64,000 bases of DNA from an uncultured Muribaculaceae bacterium (GTDB lineage: Bacteria; Bacillota_I; Bacilli_A; RF39; UBA660): contig CAYNHT010000003.1 of NCBI GenBank assembly GCA_964397485.1, positions 10,529-74,528 of the forward strand, given 5' to 3'. Each line of letters starts with the position of its first letter. Positions within the stretch are counted from its first letter, which is position 1. The notes beneath the pieces are model-generated. The model worked only from the letters and a program-made list of their open reading frames with translations, did not search any database and was not told the DNA's origin. The translations under genes were made by a program, and so were the position numbers. Positions 9,217 through 19,537 of the stretch are shown here, in pieces.

Positions 9217-10833
9217 GTGATATTAAGAAAGCCATATGCATTTTTCATTAAACAGTTTAAATTAATCCATTTAATTTTAACAGCTTTAATAGCTTATTTG
9301 ATTTATCGTACTGGTTTATCATTAGCATTCTTTAATGAATACATATCTACAAATCAAACAGTAATTGATCAAGATTTGACAGGCAATTTATTTAATATTT
9401 ATATGTTTGTGATTCCGTTTTTAATTATTTTAGCATCCGTAACTATCTTATCAGTTATGCAATTGAAAAAGAAACCAATACTATTTTATGTAACTTTAAT
9501 TATCATTTATATTGCAATGCTGTTTGTCTATAATCATGTTTATTCTACTTTATTATTAATGGAAGGTAGACTCATTGATATTAGAACGGTTAGAATGGCT
9601 CGCGACTTTTTAATGATGGGCTTTGTTGCTCAAGCACTAAGTGTCATTATCACATTTGTTAGAGCAACTGGATTTGATATTCAAAAGTTTAATTTCGGAC
9701 AGGATTTAGCTGCTTTAGAAATTAGTGAAGAAGATAGAGAAGAGTTTGAAGTCGAGGTAAATCTAGATACGGACAAAGTTCAAAGGAAAGTTCGACGTAA
9801 TGTTAGGTTTGCAAGATACATATATGTAGAAAATAGATTTTTAATAAACTTAGTTTCATTAGTTTTAATAGCAACTATATGTTTTGTTGTCTACTTAAAT
9901 CTTAATATTTATAACAAGGTATATTCTGAAAAAGATGCTTTTTTAACATCTGATTTTAGTATGTGGATAAATAAAAGTTACATCACAAGGGAAGACTATG
10001 AGGGTAATGTTATTACTGGTACTGACCATTCTTTTGTTGTTCTAGAGATAAGTTTAAAGAATAATTTCGCAAATAAACAAAAATTAGATATCGCTAGAAC
10101 TCAACTTGTTATAGGGGATAAGATATTTTATCATGATTATAACCATCGTGAGAGACTTTTTGACCTTGGGCGTGTATATGATGACACTTTATTGCCTAAC
10201 AATTTTACCAAGTGGTTGTTGGTATATAAAGTTCCAAATAATATGCTAGTAAATCAAAAAATTTCGTTTAGGTACGTTGATAAAGTTGACTATGTAGGAG
10301 GAAAGTTAAGTCCAAAATACATTAATGTTACGGTATCACCTAAAAATTTAGATCAAAAGACTAAATCATATAGTTATAATATAAAAGATGAAGTAAGTTT
10401 TAGTGATAGTATCCTAGGAGACGTTAAATTGGTTGTAAATAAAATTGATATTGCTAATCAATTTAAATTAGATTATCAATTTTGTGTAAATAAAGATGAA
10501 TGTTATCAATCATATGAGTACTTGAAACCAAGTATTATAAATCAACACAATAAAACTCTTCTATATTTGAATGGATTTATTGAATGGGATGAAAAAATAG
10601 CTGTTGATCCAATTCCGAGTGTGTATAAATTTATAGATTTGTTTGGCACGTTTGTGTATGAAATAAATGGTGAAACTAAGATTCAAAACATTATTTTAAA
10701 AGAGGTAAGATCGTTAAAAATAAAAAGAGCTAATGACTATTACATAGAGTTGTTGGAAGAAGTTCAAAAAGCTGATAAAATTTCAATTATTTTTAAAGTA
10801 AGAGACGTTGAATATAAATATACACTAAAATAG
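9217..10833 (+). CDS. Membrane protein: 4 N-terminal TMs, one further TM (~res 205-228), then a ~300-aa extracytoplasmic domain; unknown function
   Basis: Topology read from the sequence. No recognisable catalytic motifs. Confidence 0.4.
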   Translation: MILRKPYAFFIKQFKLIHLILTALIAYLIYRTGLSLAFFNEYISTNQTVIDQDLTGNLFNIYMFVIPFLIILASVTILSVMQLKKKPILFYVTLIIIYIAMLFVYNHVYSTLLLMEGRLIDIRTVRMARDFLMMGFVAQALSVIITFVRATGFDIQKFNFGQDLAALEISEEDREEFEVEVNLDTDKVQRKVRRNVRFARYIYVENRFLINLVSLVLIATICFVVYLNLNIYNKVYSEKDAFLTSDFSMWINKSYITREDYEGNVITGTDHSFVVLEISLKNNFANKQKLDIARTQLVIGDKIFYHDYNHRERLFDLGRVYDDTLLPNNFTKWLLVYKVPNNMLVNQKISFRYVDKVDYVGGKLSPKYINVTVSPKNLDQKTKSYSYNIKDEVSFSDSILGDVKLVVNKIDIANQFKLDYQFCVNKDECYQSYEYLKPSIINQHNKTLLYLNGFIEWDEKIAVDPIPSVYKFIDLFGTFVYEINGETKIQNIILKEVRSLKIKRANDYYIELLEEVQKADKISIIFKVRDVEYKYTLK

Positions 10834-10888
10834 TGTAAAATAGTGTTTATAATATAGATTTTGTGGGAAATTATGGTATAATAATTAA

Positions 10889-11572
10889 ATGGAGGATGGT
10901 ATGATGAAACACTTTTATTTGTTTATACTATTTATGTTTTTTATCATATTAGTCCCAAACAAAGTAGATGCTTTATGTGATTATAATGAAAAAGCTCGAT
11001 TGAAGGCAATTGCTGCTAATATCACATTTAAAACAGATCATATTGAATCTGATGGACAAGTAGAGTTTTTTATAACACTTAGCAATCTACACCCTGAATT
11101 ATATGTGAAGGATGTTATGGGTTATAAATTTCACTATTATAATGCTTCTGCAAAGAATCCAAAAGAGTTAACAATTGGTGGTTACTCTCATGGTAGGACA
11201 ATACAGTATGAGTTTTATACTAAAAACGCTGGTTGTACGAATGAAGTCTTACTAATAAGGTACGTAACTTTACCTCCATATAATAGATTTTATAATGATC
11301 CTCTTTGCAAAGGTCTTGAAAGTTATACCTTATGTCAAAAGTGGGTTGTAAATAATCTTAGTTATGGCAACTTTAAAAAGCAGATTGAAGATTATAAAAA
11401 TAGACCTATTGTTGATCCCGATGATGAAGATCCAGGAGAAAAAATAGATCACTTTGATATGATTGCTAATTTTTTAGGTAAATATTATGTTTATATCTTA
11501 ATGACAATTATTATAGTGTGCTTAATATCAATATATAGAATAAATAAGAAAGATAGTTTCGACTTTTCATAG
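10889..11572 (+). CDS. Secreted protein with signal peptide and C-terminal TM anchor; unknown function
   Basis: N-terminal signal (FYLFILFMFFIILVPNKVDA) and C-terminal TM (YYVYILMTIIIVCLISIY). The stop lies 8 bp before the next gene. Confidence 0.4.
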   Translation: MEDGMMKHFYLFILFMFFIILVPNKVDALCDYNEKARLKAIAANITFKTDHIESDGQVEFFITLSNLHPELYVKDVMGYKFHYYNASAKNPKELTIGGYSHGRTIQYEFYTKNAGCTNEVLLIRYVTLPPYNRFYNDPLCKGLESYTLCQKWVVNNLSYGNFKKQIEDYKNRPIVDPDDEDPGEKIDHFDMIANFLGKYYVYILMTIIIVCLISIYRINKKDSFDFS

Positions 11573-11579
11573 GAGGTGT

Positions 11580-14500
11580 ATGTTTGTGAAAATTAAATTA
11601 CATAAATTAATTATGCTTGTAATAGGTATTTGTGTTATTGGTAGTGTAGGTAGTGTTTCTGCAGAAACTAACATCGGTGGTGGTGGTAATGCGGTTACTA
11701 ATCCTTGTAGCACATCTAGACCAGCAACTTGTTATAACGCTAAACTTGGGACTGGGTCGGGTGATAGTCTAGTACAAGGTGTACGTGTATCTGTTGTAGA
11801 TAAATATGGAAATAGAATACCAGGTACTACGAGTATAGATTATGTTCAAAACAGTGGGCATGCTAATCAAATAAGTACAAGCCCATATTTGAAATTTTTT
11901 CAAAGTGGTAAATATACCAAAAATGAGATATTAGCTGGAAAAGCGAGTGGTGCATCAGCAAGCGGGAGATACGCCGTAACTCATCTTGGTGAATTGCCAA
12001 CATTTATGAATATAGGACCTAATACGGTTATAGAAGATTATTTAAAAGCAAAAAAAGTTAATAGAGATTATACAAAATTAAAACAATTATTCATGGATCC
12101 CATAGGATATGATCCAAAAAAATTTCCGGCTAATGATGTGAAAACTCATTCTTTGCTTTTTGAACCATTAACTTTTATGAGAGTTACAAAATATCCAGTT
12201 TCTGGTTCCCCAACAATAACGAATTATTTTGGAACAGTAACGGAAGTTTCAAAAATGATGGTAGAAGATGGCACAATTTTATGGACGGGTTATTTTGGAA
12301 AGATGTTACCTTTAGCGATTTATGTTAGAGATTATAAAGACCCAATAACTGGCGCAACACAAACTAATCGTGCTGGGCTACAGTCAATTTCAGCTTGGGT
12401 AGCGGCAAATAAGAGTGATTATTCAACCGAAATTTTAACATCAAATGGTACGGCAGCAGGACACTTTTGGGTAAGTGAGTTGATTGAAGAGGAAAAGGAT
12501 CCTTGCGAAGTCAATCCTAATAAATTACCGGAGTGTTGTGCTTTACCACAAAATAAAAATAAATTACCAGAATGCTGTGGTTTAGAAGAAAACAAGAATA
12601 AACCGGAGTGTAATCCCGATCTATGCACATTCACATTGGACTTATCTTGTCCAGGAGATTGTGATGAAAGTACAACTGGTTATATTAAAGATATTGAAGA
12701 CTGGCAGTGTATTTTTGGAAGTAGAACAGCTACTGACGCTAATATAAGAGATCACTTCTACAAATGGGGAAATCGATATTGTTCAATGTTCTGTCGGGAG
12801 AGTTTAACTTATGAATTCCCTAATGGAAATATGACTGTATCTGCAGGAAGTCACTTCACAATTGGAGATACTTGGTATTACCCAAACTGGGGACCTGTTC
12901 ATTTTACTGGACGAAGTGAGTGTAGAACAACAAGTGATACAGGAAGTATTAGATGGGATTTATTCGAAAAAGATTGGGCTCCAGCTAATGATACTGTTAA
13001 AAGTAGATGGGATACTTATCAAATTGCTATAAAACAAGATGCAGCAGTTTCATCTTCGAGCTCCAGTGGTAAATTAGATTGTAATTGGACTTGTGATAGA
13101 TATCACCCTACATATCCTTGTGGTACTGCAGAAAAACCTAGCACTTGTGGTGGTGGTTGTGCGGCTGGAAGCTATAAAAGTACTACGATGTATCCAGCTT
13201 CAGCTTCATATGATGGTAAAAATATTACTCCAGGATCATGGTGTAGTAATAGTAGACCTAACTTCGATGTGCCTGGCAAACGTTCAAGTTATCTGAGTGC
13301 CGTAAATGCAAGAGATACTTTAGAAAGTAATCTACGTCAATGTAATGATTGGGAAAGAGGTTATGAAGAGTTCGAACCAGTCATTGGTTCTCAGTATGAA
13401 GAAGCAGTTTATGGCGGACATTATTATAATTTATCGAAAGTACTAGAAAGAAGAACTCAAACTCATTATTTCATCAATGGAAATAGTACGCCTTCGATTG
13501 ATACCTATAAAAGAACACGTTCGGATTATAGATATGTTTGTAATACAACTGGTGTTCCTTGTGTTAAAGGTCCGTCAGTAGGAGGAAGTTTGATGGTTTA
13601 CCCTACAAATGACTGGATAAGACAATTTACTACTAAAGAGTATGATTATACTTTACCAGCAAGTGTTTATAGATATGTTTTAAAACCATCTGGTGAATCT
13701 GTTAATCAAAAACCAGGTGCAGGAGAAAACTATGTTGATCTTGGTTATAGTAATTTACCAATTCATTATTCAAGAGCAACTGGTTCATATGATATATTTT
13801 TACAATATACTTCACTTGGACCTAATCACAACTTCAATAAATTTATTTTTGAAGGTGCTGAGTTAAATGTAAATTATGGAGAAAGTCTATCAATATATAC
13901 ATGGTTATTTGAAAATAACTTAACATGGATGATTGCCGATTGTGGTGAGGGTGGCCACCATTTAAGTCATTATTTTGGAGCCCCGCTTATTGCTGCAGGG
14001 CGTCTGAATGAATTTTTAGATTCGGGTTGTGCGAAACAATATGGTTGTAAATTGTTAGAAACTAGGTCACCATATCGTGTTTCATGTCCTGGCGATATTG
14101 TTGATAGTAGACATGGCGGGTCTTCGAGTAATTACAAACGTTTAATGCAGTGTATTGCAGAAAAGCGAATTGTTACTGCAAGTAGCGAAGAGTGTGATAC
14201 AAAATACGATTGTAAGTACAACGTTAGAAATTCATTAATGGATAACCCTAACGATCCAACACTTAATCCGCAAGGAATTGATGTTGTTTATCGTACGATC
14301 TCACTAACAAATCCATTCCCAGGTAAAAATGGTAATGGTAGAACTCCAGGCTCTAACTGGAATAGTAGTAGTTTAATTAAACAATATATTACTAATAATA
14401 GAAATTTATCAAATCCAGAAAGAATATATTTTGACCGTGAACCTATGTATGAAATTAATTTAACTCCGGTTGTAATAAAAGAAATAAGAACTCACAACCG

Positions 14501-14684
14501 TAAACAAGCTGCATATAACCGTGGTGGTTATGCTGATTTTGAGTTAAATTGTGGTACTGGAACTGGTCGTGAATGTAAGAGTTATTTTATAAGAGATGTA
14601 TTTAGTAAATATTTTATTTCTAATAGATGTGGAATGAGTAGCAACTGGAACGCTTGCCTTAATTCCGATAAGAGTAAGGGGTGA
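11580..14684 (+). CDS. Giant secreted Cys-rich protein (1034 aa, about three dozen Cys), candidate pilus tip adhesin/effector
   Basis: Signal peptide ...VGSVSA|ETN. Cys-rich repeats (NKLPECCALPQNKNKLPECCGLEENKNKPEC). No LPXTG motif and no C-terminal TM. It is the first gene of the Tad-like operon. Confidence 0.5.
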   Translation: MFVKIKLHKLIMLVIGICVIGSVGSVSAETNIGGGGNAVTNPCSTSRPATCYNAKLGTGSGDSLVQGVRVSVVDKYGNRIPGTTSIDYVQNSGHANQISTSPYLKFFQSGKYTKNEILAGKASGASASGRYAVTHLGELPTFMNIGPNTVIEDYLKAKKVNRDYTKLKQLFMDPIGYDPKKFPANDVKTHSLLFEPLTFMRVTKYPVSGSPTITNYFGTVTEVSKMMVEDGTILWTGYFGKMLPLAIYVRDYKDPITGATQTNRAGLQSISAWVAANKSDYSTEILTSNGTAAGHFWVSELIEEEKDPCEVNPNKLPECCALPQNKNKLPECCGLEENKNKPECNPDLCTFTLDLSCPGDCDESTTGYIKDIEDWQCIFGSRTATDANIRDHFYKWGNRYCSMFCRESLTYEFPNGNMTVSAGSHFTIGDTWYYPNWGPVHFTGRSECRTTSDTGSIRWDLFEKDWAPANDTVKSRWDTYQIAIKQDAAVSSSSSSGKLDCNWTCDRYHPTYPCGTAEKPSTCGGGCAAGSYKSTTMYPASASYDGKNITPGSWCSNSRPNFDVPGKRSSYLSAVNARDTLESNLRQCNDWERGYEEFEPVIGSQYEEAVYGGHYYNLSKVLERRTQTHYFINGNSTPSIDTYKRTRSDYRYVCNTTGVPCVKGPSVGGSLMVYPTNDWIRQFTTKEYDYTLPASVYRYVLKPSGESVNQKPGAGENYVDLGYSNLPIHYSRATGSYDIFLQYTSLGPNHNFNKFIFEGAELNVNYGESLSIYTWLFENNLTWMIADCGEGGHHLSHYFGAPLIAAGRLNEFLDSGCAKQYGCKLLETRSPYRVSCPGDIVDSRHGGSSSNYKRLMQCIAEKRIVTASSEECDTKYDCKYNVRNSLMDNPNDPTLNPQGIDVVYRTISLTNPFPGKNGNGRTPGSNWNSSSLIKQYITNNRNLSNPERIYFDREPMYEINLTPVVIKEIRTHNRKQAAYNRGGYADFELNCGTGTGRECKSYFIRDVFSKYFISNRCGMSSNWNACLNSDKSKG

Positions 14685-14689
14685 TGTAA

Positions 14690-15091
14690 GTGAAAGAATC
14701 ATTTTGGGCAGTTTTGGTTATATTAATGGGTATAATATCAATAGTATTTGTATACTTATTTCAAAATTTAACCAATACTGATGAACATAACTACCACTTA
14801 TTAAAAGAGGCTACTGAAGCAGCAATGTATGATGCTTTAGATTTAGCTGCTTATCGTAAAGATAAGACAATTAGAATTGATCGTGAAAAGTTTGTGGAAA
14901 ACTTTGTAAGAAGATTTGCGGAAAGTGCAAACCTTGCGCAAACTTACAATATAAAAATTTACGATGTTAATGAGACTCCCCCAAAAGTGAGCCTACAAGT
15001 TTCTAGTAGACAATCAGGAACTAGTGGCAGTGAAATTATTGAATTTGATATTGTTAATCGTATAGATGCAATATTGGAAACCCCATATTAG
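14690..15091 (+). CDS. Small pilin/pseudopilin-like protein (MKES leader, N-terminal hydrophobic helix)
   Basis: MKESFWAVLVILMGIISIVFVYLF followed by a ~110-aa soluble domain. Shares the M(K/R)E start with the three pilin-like genes at 18.9-20.0 kb. Confidence 0.35.
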   Translation: MKESFWAVLVILMGIISIVFVYLFQNLTNTDEHNYHLLKEATEAAMYDALDLAAYRKDKTIRIDREKFVENFVRRFAESANLAQTYNIKIYDVNETPPKVSLQVSSRQSGTSGSEIIEFDIVNRIDAILETPY

Positions 15092-15107
15092 AAAGGAATG
15101 AGAAGGA

Positions 15108-15947
15108 ATGAATAATATTATTATTTCAATCAAAAGATTTTTTAAAAACAAGAATACTGTTACAGTTGTTGGGATAATTGCAATAATTGGTATATTATAT
15201 TGGGGATATAATTACCAAATTAATAGACAAGTAAATCCAGTTAGAAATATTCCAATAGCAAAAACGACAATCCAACCTAGAACATTAATTACGGAGGAAA
15301 TGATTGACTATGTTGATATTGCTCCAATTGTGCTAAGACAAAATACTGTCACTTCTTCTAGATTAGTTGTTGGGAAATATACTGACTACAATACAGTTAT
15401 CCCAGAAGGAAGTTTATTTTATAAGAATGTTTTAGTAGATAAAGATGAACTACCAGATGCAGCTTTTGTTAAGGTAAAAGAAGGAGATGTTGTATATAAC
15501 TTCCCGGTTAATATGGATACTACTTATGGTAACTCTATTTTCCCAGGAAATAAAATTGACATCTATATGAAAGCAGAAAATGCAGGAAGACAAATTATGG
15601 TTGGGAAATTAATTGAGAATGTTGAGGTTATCGCTGTTAAAGATAGTAGTGGATTACATGTATTTGAAAATACGGAAGAAAGAAGAATTCCATCTACATT
15701 GATCTTTGGTGTAACTCCAGAAATTAATATCTTATTAAGAAAAGCAAGTTATATGAAATCATTTGCTGTTGAATTATTCCCAGTTCCTCATGGTGGGACA
15801 ATTGTAAACCAAGGTGAAATACAAGTTACTTCACAAAGTTTAAAAGATTTCATTAATGCTAATACTGTTCCTAATGATGATATTGTAGCTCCAATTGATG
15901 AAGACCCTATTATCGATGAAGAAAATAATGACGATATCGTAGGTTAG
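15108..15947 (+). CDS. CpaB/RcpC-like Flp pilus assembly protein (N-terminal TM + SAF-like domain)
   Basis: Single N-terminal TM, then a 'V..A..I..G..I..E.I..V.I.P......LVVGKY....I.EG' pattern typical of the CpaB SAF domain. Sits directly upstream of the CpaF-like ATPase. Confidence 0.45.
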   Translation: MNNIIISIKRFFKNKNTVTVVGIIAIIGILYWGYNYQINRQVNPVRNIPIAKTTIQPRTLITEEMIDYVDIAPIVLRQNTVTSSRLVVGKYTDYNTVIPEGSLFYKNVLVDKDELPDAAFVKVKEGDVVYNFPVNMDTTYGNSIFPGNKIDIYMKAENAGRQIMVGKLIENVEVIAVKDSSGLHVFENTEERRIPSTLIFGVTPEINILLRKASYMKSFAVELFPVPHGGTIVNQGEIQVTSQSLKDFINANTVPNDDIVAPIDEDPIIDEENNDDIVG

Positions 15948-15958
15948 GAGGAAAAATT

Positions 15959-17125
15959 ATGCATGATAATATATTTGCCCAGATAGACTTCGGTGCTTTA
16001 AACGAGTATATTCAAAATGATGACGTAACCGATGTTTCATATAGTAATGGTGGGCAAGTATGGTTAAAAACCTTATCAAAAGGTATATATAGAGTAGATA
16101 ATCCTGCAATCAATAATGCTTTTATGGAAAAACTAGCCTTTCAGTGTGCTAACGTTATGGGAAAGACATTTAATATGGCTCATCCTTTCTTAGATGCTGA
16201 AAGCGCTGAACTCCGTTTGAACTTTGTGCATGATTCAGTAGCACGTAATGGTGTTGCGGTAGTTATCCGTAAGACACCAGCTAAAATACGTCTTGAAAAA
16301 GAAAAAATTATTGAAGATAAGTATATTACTTTAAGTATTCATGATTTTTTAGTTAAGTGCATTGAGGGTCACTGTAATGTTATTGTTTGCGGTGAGACTG
16401 GTTCTGGTAAAACAGAATTTGTAAAATATTTAGCCTCTAAAACTAAAGAAAATGAAAAAATTATCACAATAGAAGATACTCTGGAACTTCACCTTGATAG
16501 AATTTTCCCGCATCGTGATATAGTTGCAATGAAAACTAATAATATCGCATCATATTCAGATGTGTTAGTCACATGTATGCGTCAAAATCCTAAATGGATA
16601 TTACTATCTGAGGTACGTAGTGCGGAGGCTGTTATGGCTGTTCGAAACTCAATATCATCAGGACATTACATTTTATCTACAATCCATGCTGATAAAGCAG
16701 CATCAATACCTAACCGTATGTACAGTCTATTAGAAACAAATCAAGATATTGAACAGTTCTTGAAATCTATTTACAGATACATACAACTAGGTATTTATGT
16801 TAGAGGATATCAAGATAAAGTTAGTAAACGTTTCATTCGTGAAATAGCAGAAGTGACAGAATTTTATGTAACACCTGATAATGAGGCTAAGTACAATACA
16901 ATCTATAGAAAGATGGCTGATGGAAGAGTTATCCAAAAGCGTCCTAGTGATTATTTATTCGATTATTTAGAAATACAAGGTGTTATGTTAGATAAGAATA
17001 TTATTCAACCAAGTGAAGATAAAGAAGATACTGAAATTACAGGTGAAGATATAAATACTGTGGTTGAACCAACGAATACTAATAGTGGTATTTTCGAAGA
17101 AAAAGTTGAAGTATTGTTTGAATAA
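15959..17125 (+). CDS. CpaF/TadA (VirB11-superfamily) secretion ATPase
   Basis: Walker A (GETGSGKTE), Asp box (TIEDTLEL), 'RQNPKWILLSEVRSAEA' (RxxPDxIxxGExR) and a His box (STIHA). Confidence 0.8.
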   Translation: MHDNIFAQIDFGALNEYIQNDDVTDVSYSNGGQVWLKTLSKGIYRVDNPAINNAFMEKLAFQCANVMGKTFNMAHPFLDAESAELRLNFVHDSVARNGVAVVIRKTPAKIRLEKEKIIEDKYITLSIHDFLVKCIEGHCNVIVCGETGSGKTEFVKYLASKTKENEKIITIEDTLELHLDRIFPHRDIVAMKTNNIASYSDVLVTCMRQNPKWILLSEVRSAEAVMAVRNSISSGHYILSTIHADKAASIPNRMYSLLETNQDIEQFLKSIYRYIQLGIYVRGYQDKVSKRFIREIAEVTEFYVTPDNEAKYNTIYRKMADGRVIQKRPSDYLFDYLEIQGVMLDKNIIQPSEDKEDTEITGEDINTVVEPTNTNSGIFEEKVEVLFE

Positions 17126-17137
17126 AGGAGGGATATA

Positions 17138-18043
17138 ATGAGTAGTGGTGTTATTTTTATAGTTATTTCTTTTATAGTTGTTTTTATTATAGCTTATAGA
17201 AAAAATACTGGTGAGAATGTCTATAAATATATAGTTAGGCAAGTTGGAACTGCCTATGATAAATATGCCCCTTTTTCATTTAAAGTAGTTAGAGAAAAGG
17301 TAAAAGATTTAGGTCAGGAGTATACTCCTAGACAATATGCGATTCAAATTACAATTTTTGCGTTAGGATCATTAATTATATCCTATATGTATTTCTATAG
17401 TTTGGTTATATCGCTAATGTATATGACTATATCTATAACAATAATTCCTTATTTAACATACTTAAGATGTAAGAGACTATATAGTGAGTTTATTTTTGAA
17501 CAAATTCAAGTATACACAACTAACGTAATTATGGAATTTGCAACAACTCAATCATTTGTTAAATCATTAGAGGGTGTTTACGAATCTGGGGTTTTAGAAG
17601 ACCCAGTAAAAAAAGATGTAAAAGCCATGATTGATTTGGCATATGAAAACGGTACTATATATGCATCTTTAGATCATATGGATAAAAATTACAATTTTTA
17701 TATAGTAAAGAACATGCATCAATTATTTTTACAAATAACTAATGAAGGTTCTAAAGATGCTGGTGCATCTTTAGAAAATATGTCTCTTGATATAGATATG
17801 TTAGTTGAAAGTGTGTATAGAGATAGATTAGACCGTTCATCATTCCATAAAAAGTTTTTACAATTTGGTATCGTTTTATACTTAATGGTAATGTTAGTAC
17901 AGTTTTTATTAGGTGTAGAAACCTATATAAAAATGCTTGATAACGTTCTTGTTCAGTTGTTACTGCACTTAATTGTCCTTGTTAATACATTATTTTTGTT
18001 AAATGGGGAAAAATATTACAATGAGAATGTGGGGGCGGAATAA
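17138..18043 (+). CDS. TadB-like platform membrane protein (T2SS-F-like topology)
   Basis: N-terminal TM, a cytoplasmic domain and C-terminal TM pair. Lies immediately downstream of the secretion ATPase, with a 4-bp overlap to the next gene. Confidence 0.45.
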   Translation: MSSGVIFIVISFIVVFIIAYRKNTGENVYKYIVRQVGTAYDKYAPFSFKVVREKVKDLGQEYTPRQYAIQITIFALGSLIISYMYFYSLVISLMYMTISITIIPYLTYLRCKRLYSEFIFEQIQVYTTNVIMEFATTQSFVKSLEGVYESGVLEDPVKKDVKAMIDLAYENGTIYASLDHMDKNYNFYIVKNMHQLFLQITNEGSKDAGASLENMSLDIDMLVESVYRDRLDRSSFHKKFLQFGIVLYLMVMLVQFLLGVETYIKMLDNVLVQLLLHLIVLVNTLFLLNGEKYYNENVGAE

Positions 18044-18825
18044 TGGAATTTATATTTATTGCGATAATAATACTATATATATTAGAAATTAATCGACAAG
18101 TAGATACAAAAAAATTCATTGATGATACCGAACCATATTTTCGCTTTTTAATGGAAGATGACTATAAGTTTTTATTGATGCTAAGATATGGGTCTGATGT
18201 TGATGTAAATAAATTATATACAATTAGAGTAAGAAATGGGTTAGTTGCAATTATATTTATGATTTTTGTCTTTATGACTAACCTAAATTTCATTAATGTA
18301 ATATTTGCTTTTATTGTTGGATTTATTATGTTTAAATTACCATATAATAAATTGCGCAATTTTTACAAAGCAAATCTTCATCAAATTAATTTAATGTTGC
18401 CTTATTATTTGAAGAGTTTAGAAATTTTAATTCAACATTATACAGTTCCAGTAGCGCTTGGGCGTTCAATTGAAACTGCACCAGACATATTCAAACCAGG
18501 TTTAAGAAAATTAATTGCTAAAATAGAATCTGGGGATCCAACGGTTGATCCATATATGGATTTTGCGAAAGAATACCCAGTTAGGGATTCAATGCGTATG
18601 ATGAGATTGTTATATCGACTTGGTCTTGGATCGCAAGAAAATAAGCAAGATCAATTGATGATGTTTTCTAGAACTGTGTCGGCACTTCAAAGTAAATCTA
18701 GGGAACAAAAATATCGTGATCGTCTCGATAAAATGGAAAATCAAACTATGTTAATGTTGGGGGTAACTGGTGGCGGAATAATGTTACTGATGTTACTGTC
18801 AATGATGATGATGATGCAATTTTAA
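18043..18825 (+). CDS. TadC-like platform membrane protein
   Basis: Same topology class as the previous gene. Second of the characteristic TadB/TadC pair. Confidence 0.45.
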   Translation: MEFIFIAIIILYILEINRQVDTKKFIDDTEPYFRFLMEDDYKFLLMLRYGSDVDVNKLYTIRVRNGLVAIIFMIFVFMTNLNFINVIFAFIVGFIMFKLPYNKLRNFYKANLHQINLMLPYYLKSLEILIQHYTVPVALGRSIETAPDIFKPGLRKLIAKIESGDPTVDPYMDFAKEYPVRDSMRMMRLLYRLGLGSQENKQDQLMMFSRTVSALQSKSREQKYRDRLDKMENQTMLMLGVTGGGIMLLMLLSMMMMMQF

Positions 18826-18892
18826 TGCTTGTTAATATTAGGCTTTTATGCTATAATTAATGTGTTGATAACGAAAGTAAGGTGGTGATAGA

Positions 18893-19084
18893 ATGAAAGA
18901 AGCGGCAGGGGAAGCAAACTTAACAGTAGTAGCTATTATTCTAATCGGGGTAATCGCGGCTGTTGTAACACCTATTGTCACAAACATGATGAATACTACT
19001 CAAAAAAGATCATGCTGTTTAAATAACGGTGGAACTTGGGTAAATGGTAAATGTCAAGGAGCTAGTGATGTTTGTCCTAGTTAA
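18893..19084 (+). CDS. Flp-like small pilin (63 aa) with a 4-Cys C-terminal knot
   Basis: MKEAAG|EANLTVVAIILIGVIAAVVTPIV: short leader ending in Gly, then a hydrophobic helix. C-terminus RSCCLNNGGTWVNGKCQGASDVCPS. Size and position match a Flp pilin. Confidence 0.5.
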   Translation: MKEAAGEANLTVVAIILIGVIAAVVTPIVTNMMNTTQKRSCCLNNGGTWVNGKCQGASDVCPS

Positions 19085-19104
19085 TTAATAAGAGGTGTTG
19101 ACTT

Positions 19105-19524
19105 ATGAGGGAAGGTATAGGAAGTGTCTTTTTATACAATATAATTATTACTTTTATAATAATAGTATTCGCTTTTTTGGCTGGAACTCTTAGTTATACT
19201 AAAGCCTTTAAAGTAAATACTAAAATAGTTAGTGCTATTGAAAAGTATGAGGGATATAATAATTTATCTAACAACGAGATAAATAAAGCGTTGCAAACTT
19301 TAGGTTATAGAATTAGTACAAATAATACTTGCCCCAAAAGGGATGGCAAGAGTGCCATGACTAATTTATCTAATAACTATAAGTATTGCGTATATGAATT
19401 TTCTGAAGGAAAAGGATATCGTACTTATGGAGTTGTAAGTTATATTTCTATTGATATTCCGATTATAGGTGGTTTATTACAAATACCTATATATTCAAGA
19501 ACAATAAAAATGTATAATTTTTAG
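19105..19524 (+). CDS. TadE/TadF-like pseudopilin, paralog 1
   Basis: MREGIG leader, hydrophobic helix, a conserved Cys pair (TCPKRDG...YKYCVY) and a C-terminal 'D(I/V)PIIG..(I/F)PIY' block shared with paralog 2. Confidence 0.45.
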   Translation: MREGIGSVFLYNIIITFIIIVFAFLAGTLSYTKAFKVNTKIVSAIEKYEGYNNLSNNEINKALQTLGYRISTNNTCPKRDGKSAMTNLSNNYKYCVYEFSEGKGYRTYGVVSYISIDIPIIGGLLQIPIYSRTIKMYNF

Positions 19525-19537
19525 AAGGTGAAGATAT

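Noticed and set aside
12419-12634. Antisense and overlapping small ORFs inside long genes (for example 12419..12634-, 13093..13296+, 19734..19982+, 21589..21795+, 22490..22942-, 23741..24166-, 24260..24590-, 47092..47886-, 49248..49838-, 54659..55057-, 59593..59895+)
   Set aside because: They lie fully within well-supported longer CDSs on the other strand or frame. They lack Shine-Dalgarno sequences and have the low-complexity composition typical of AT-rich antisense frames.
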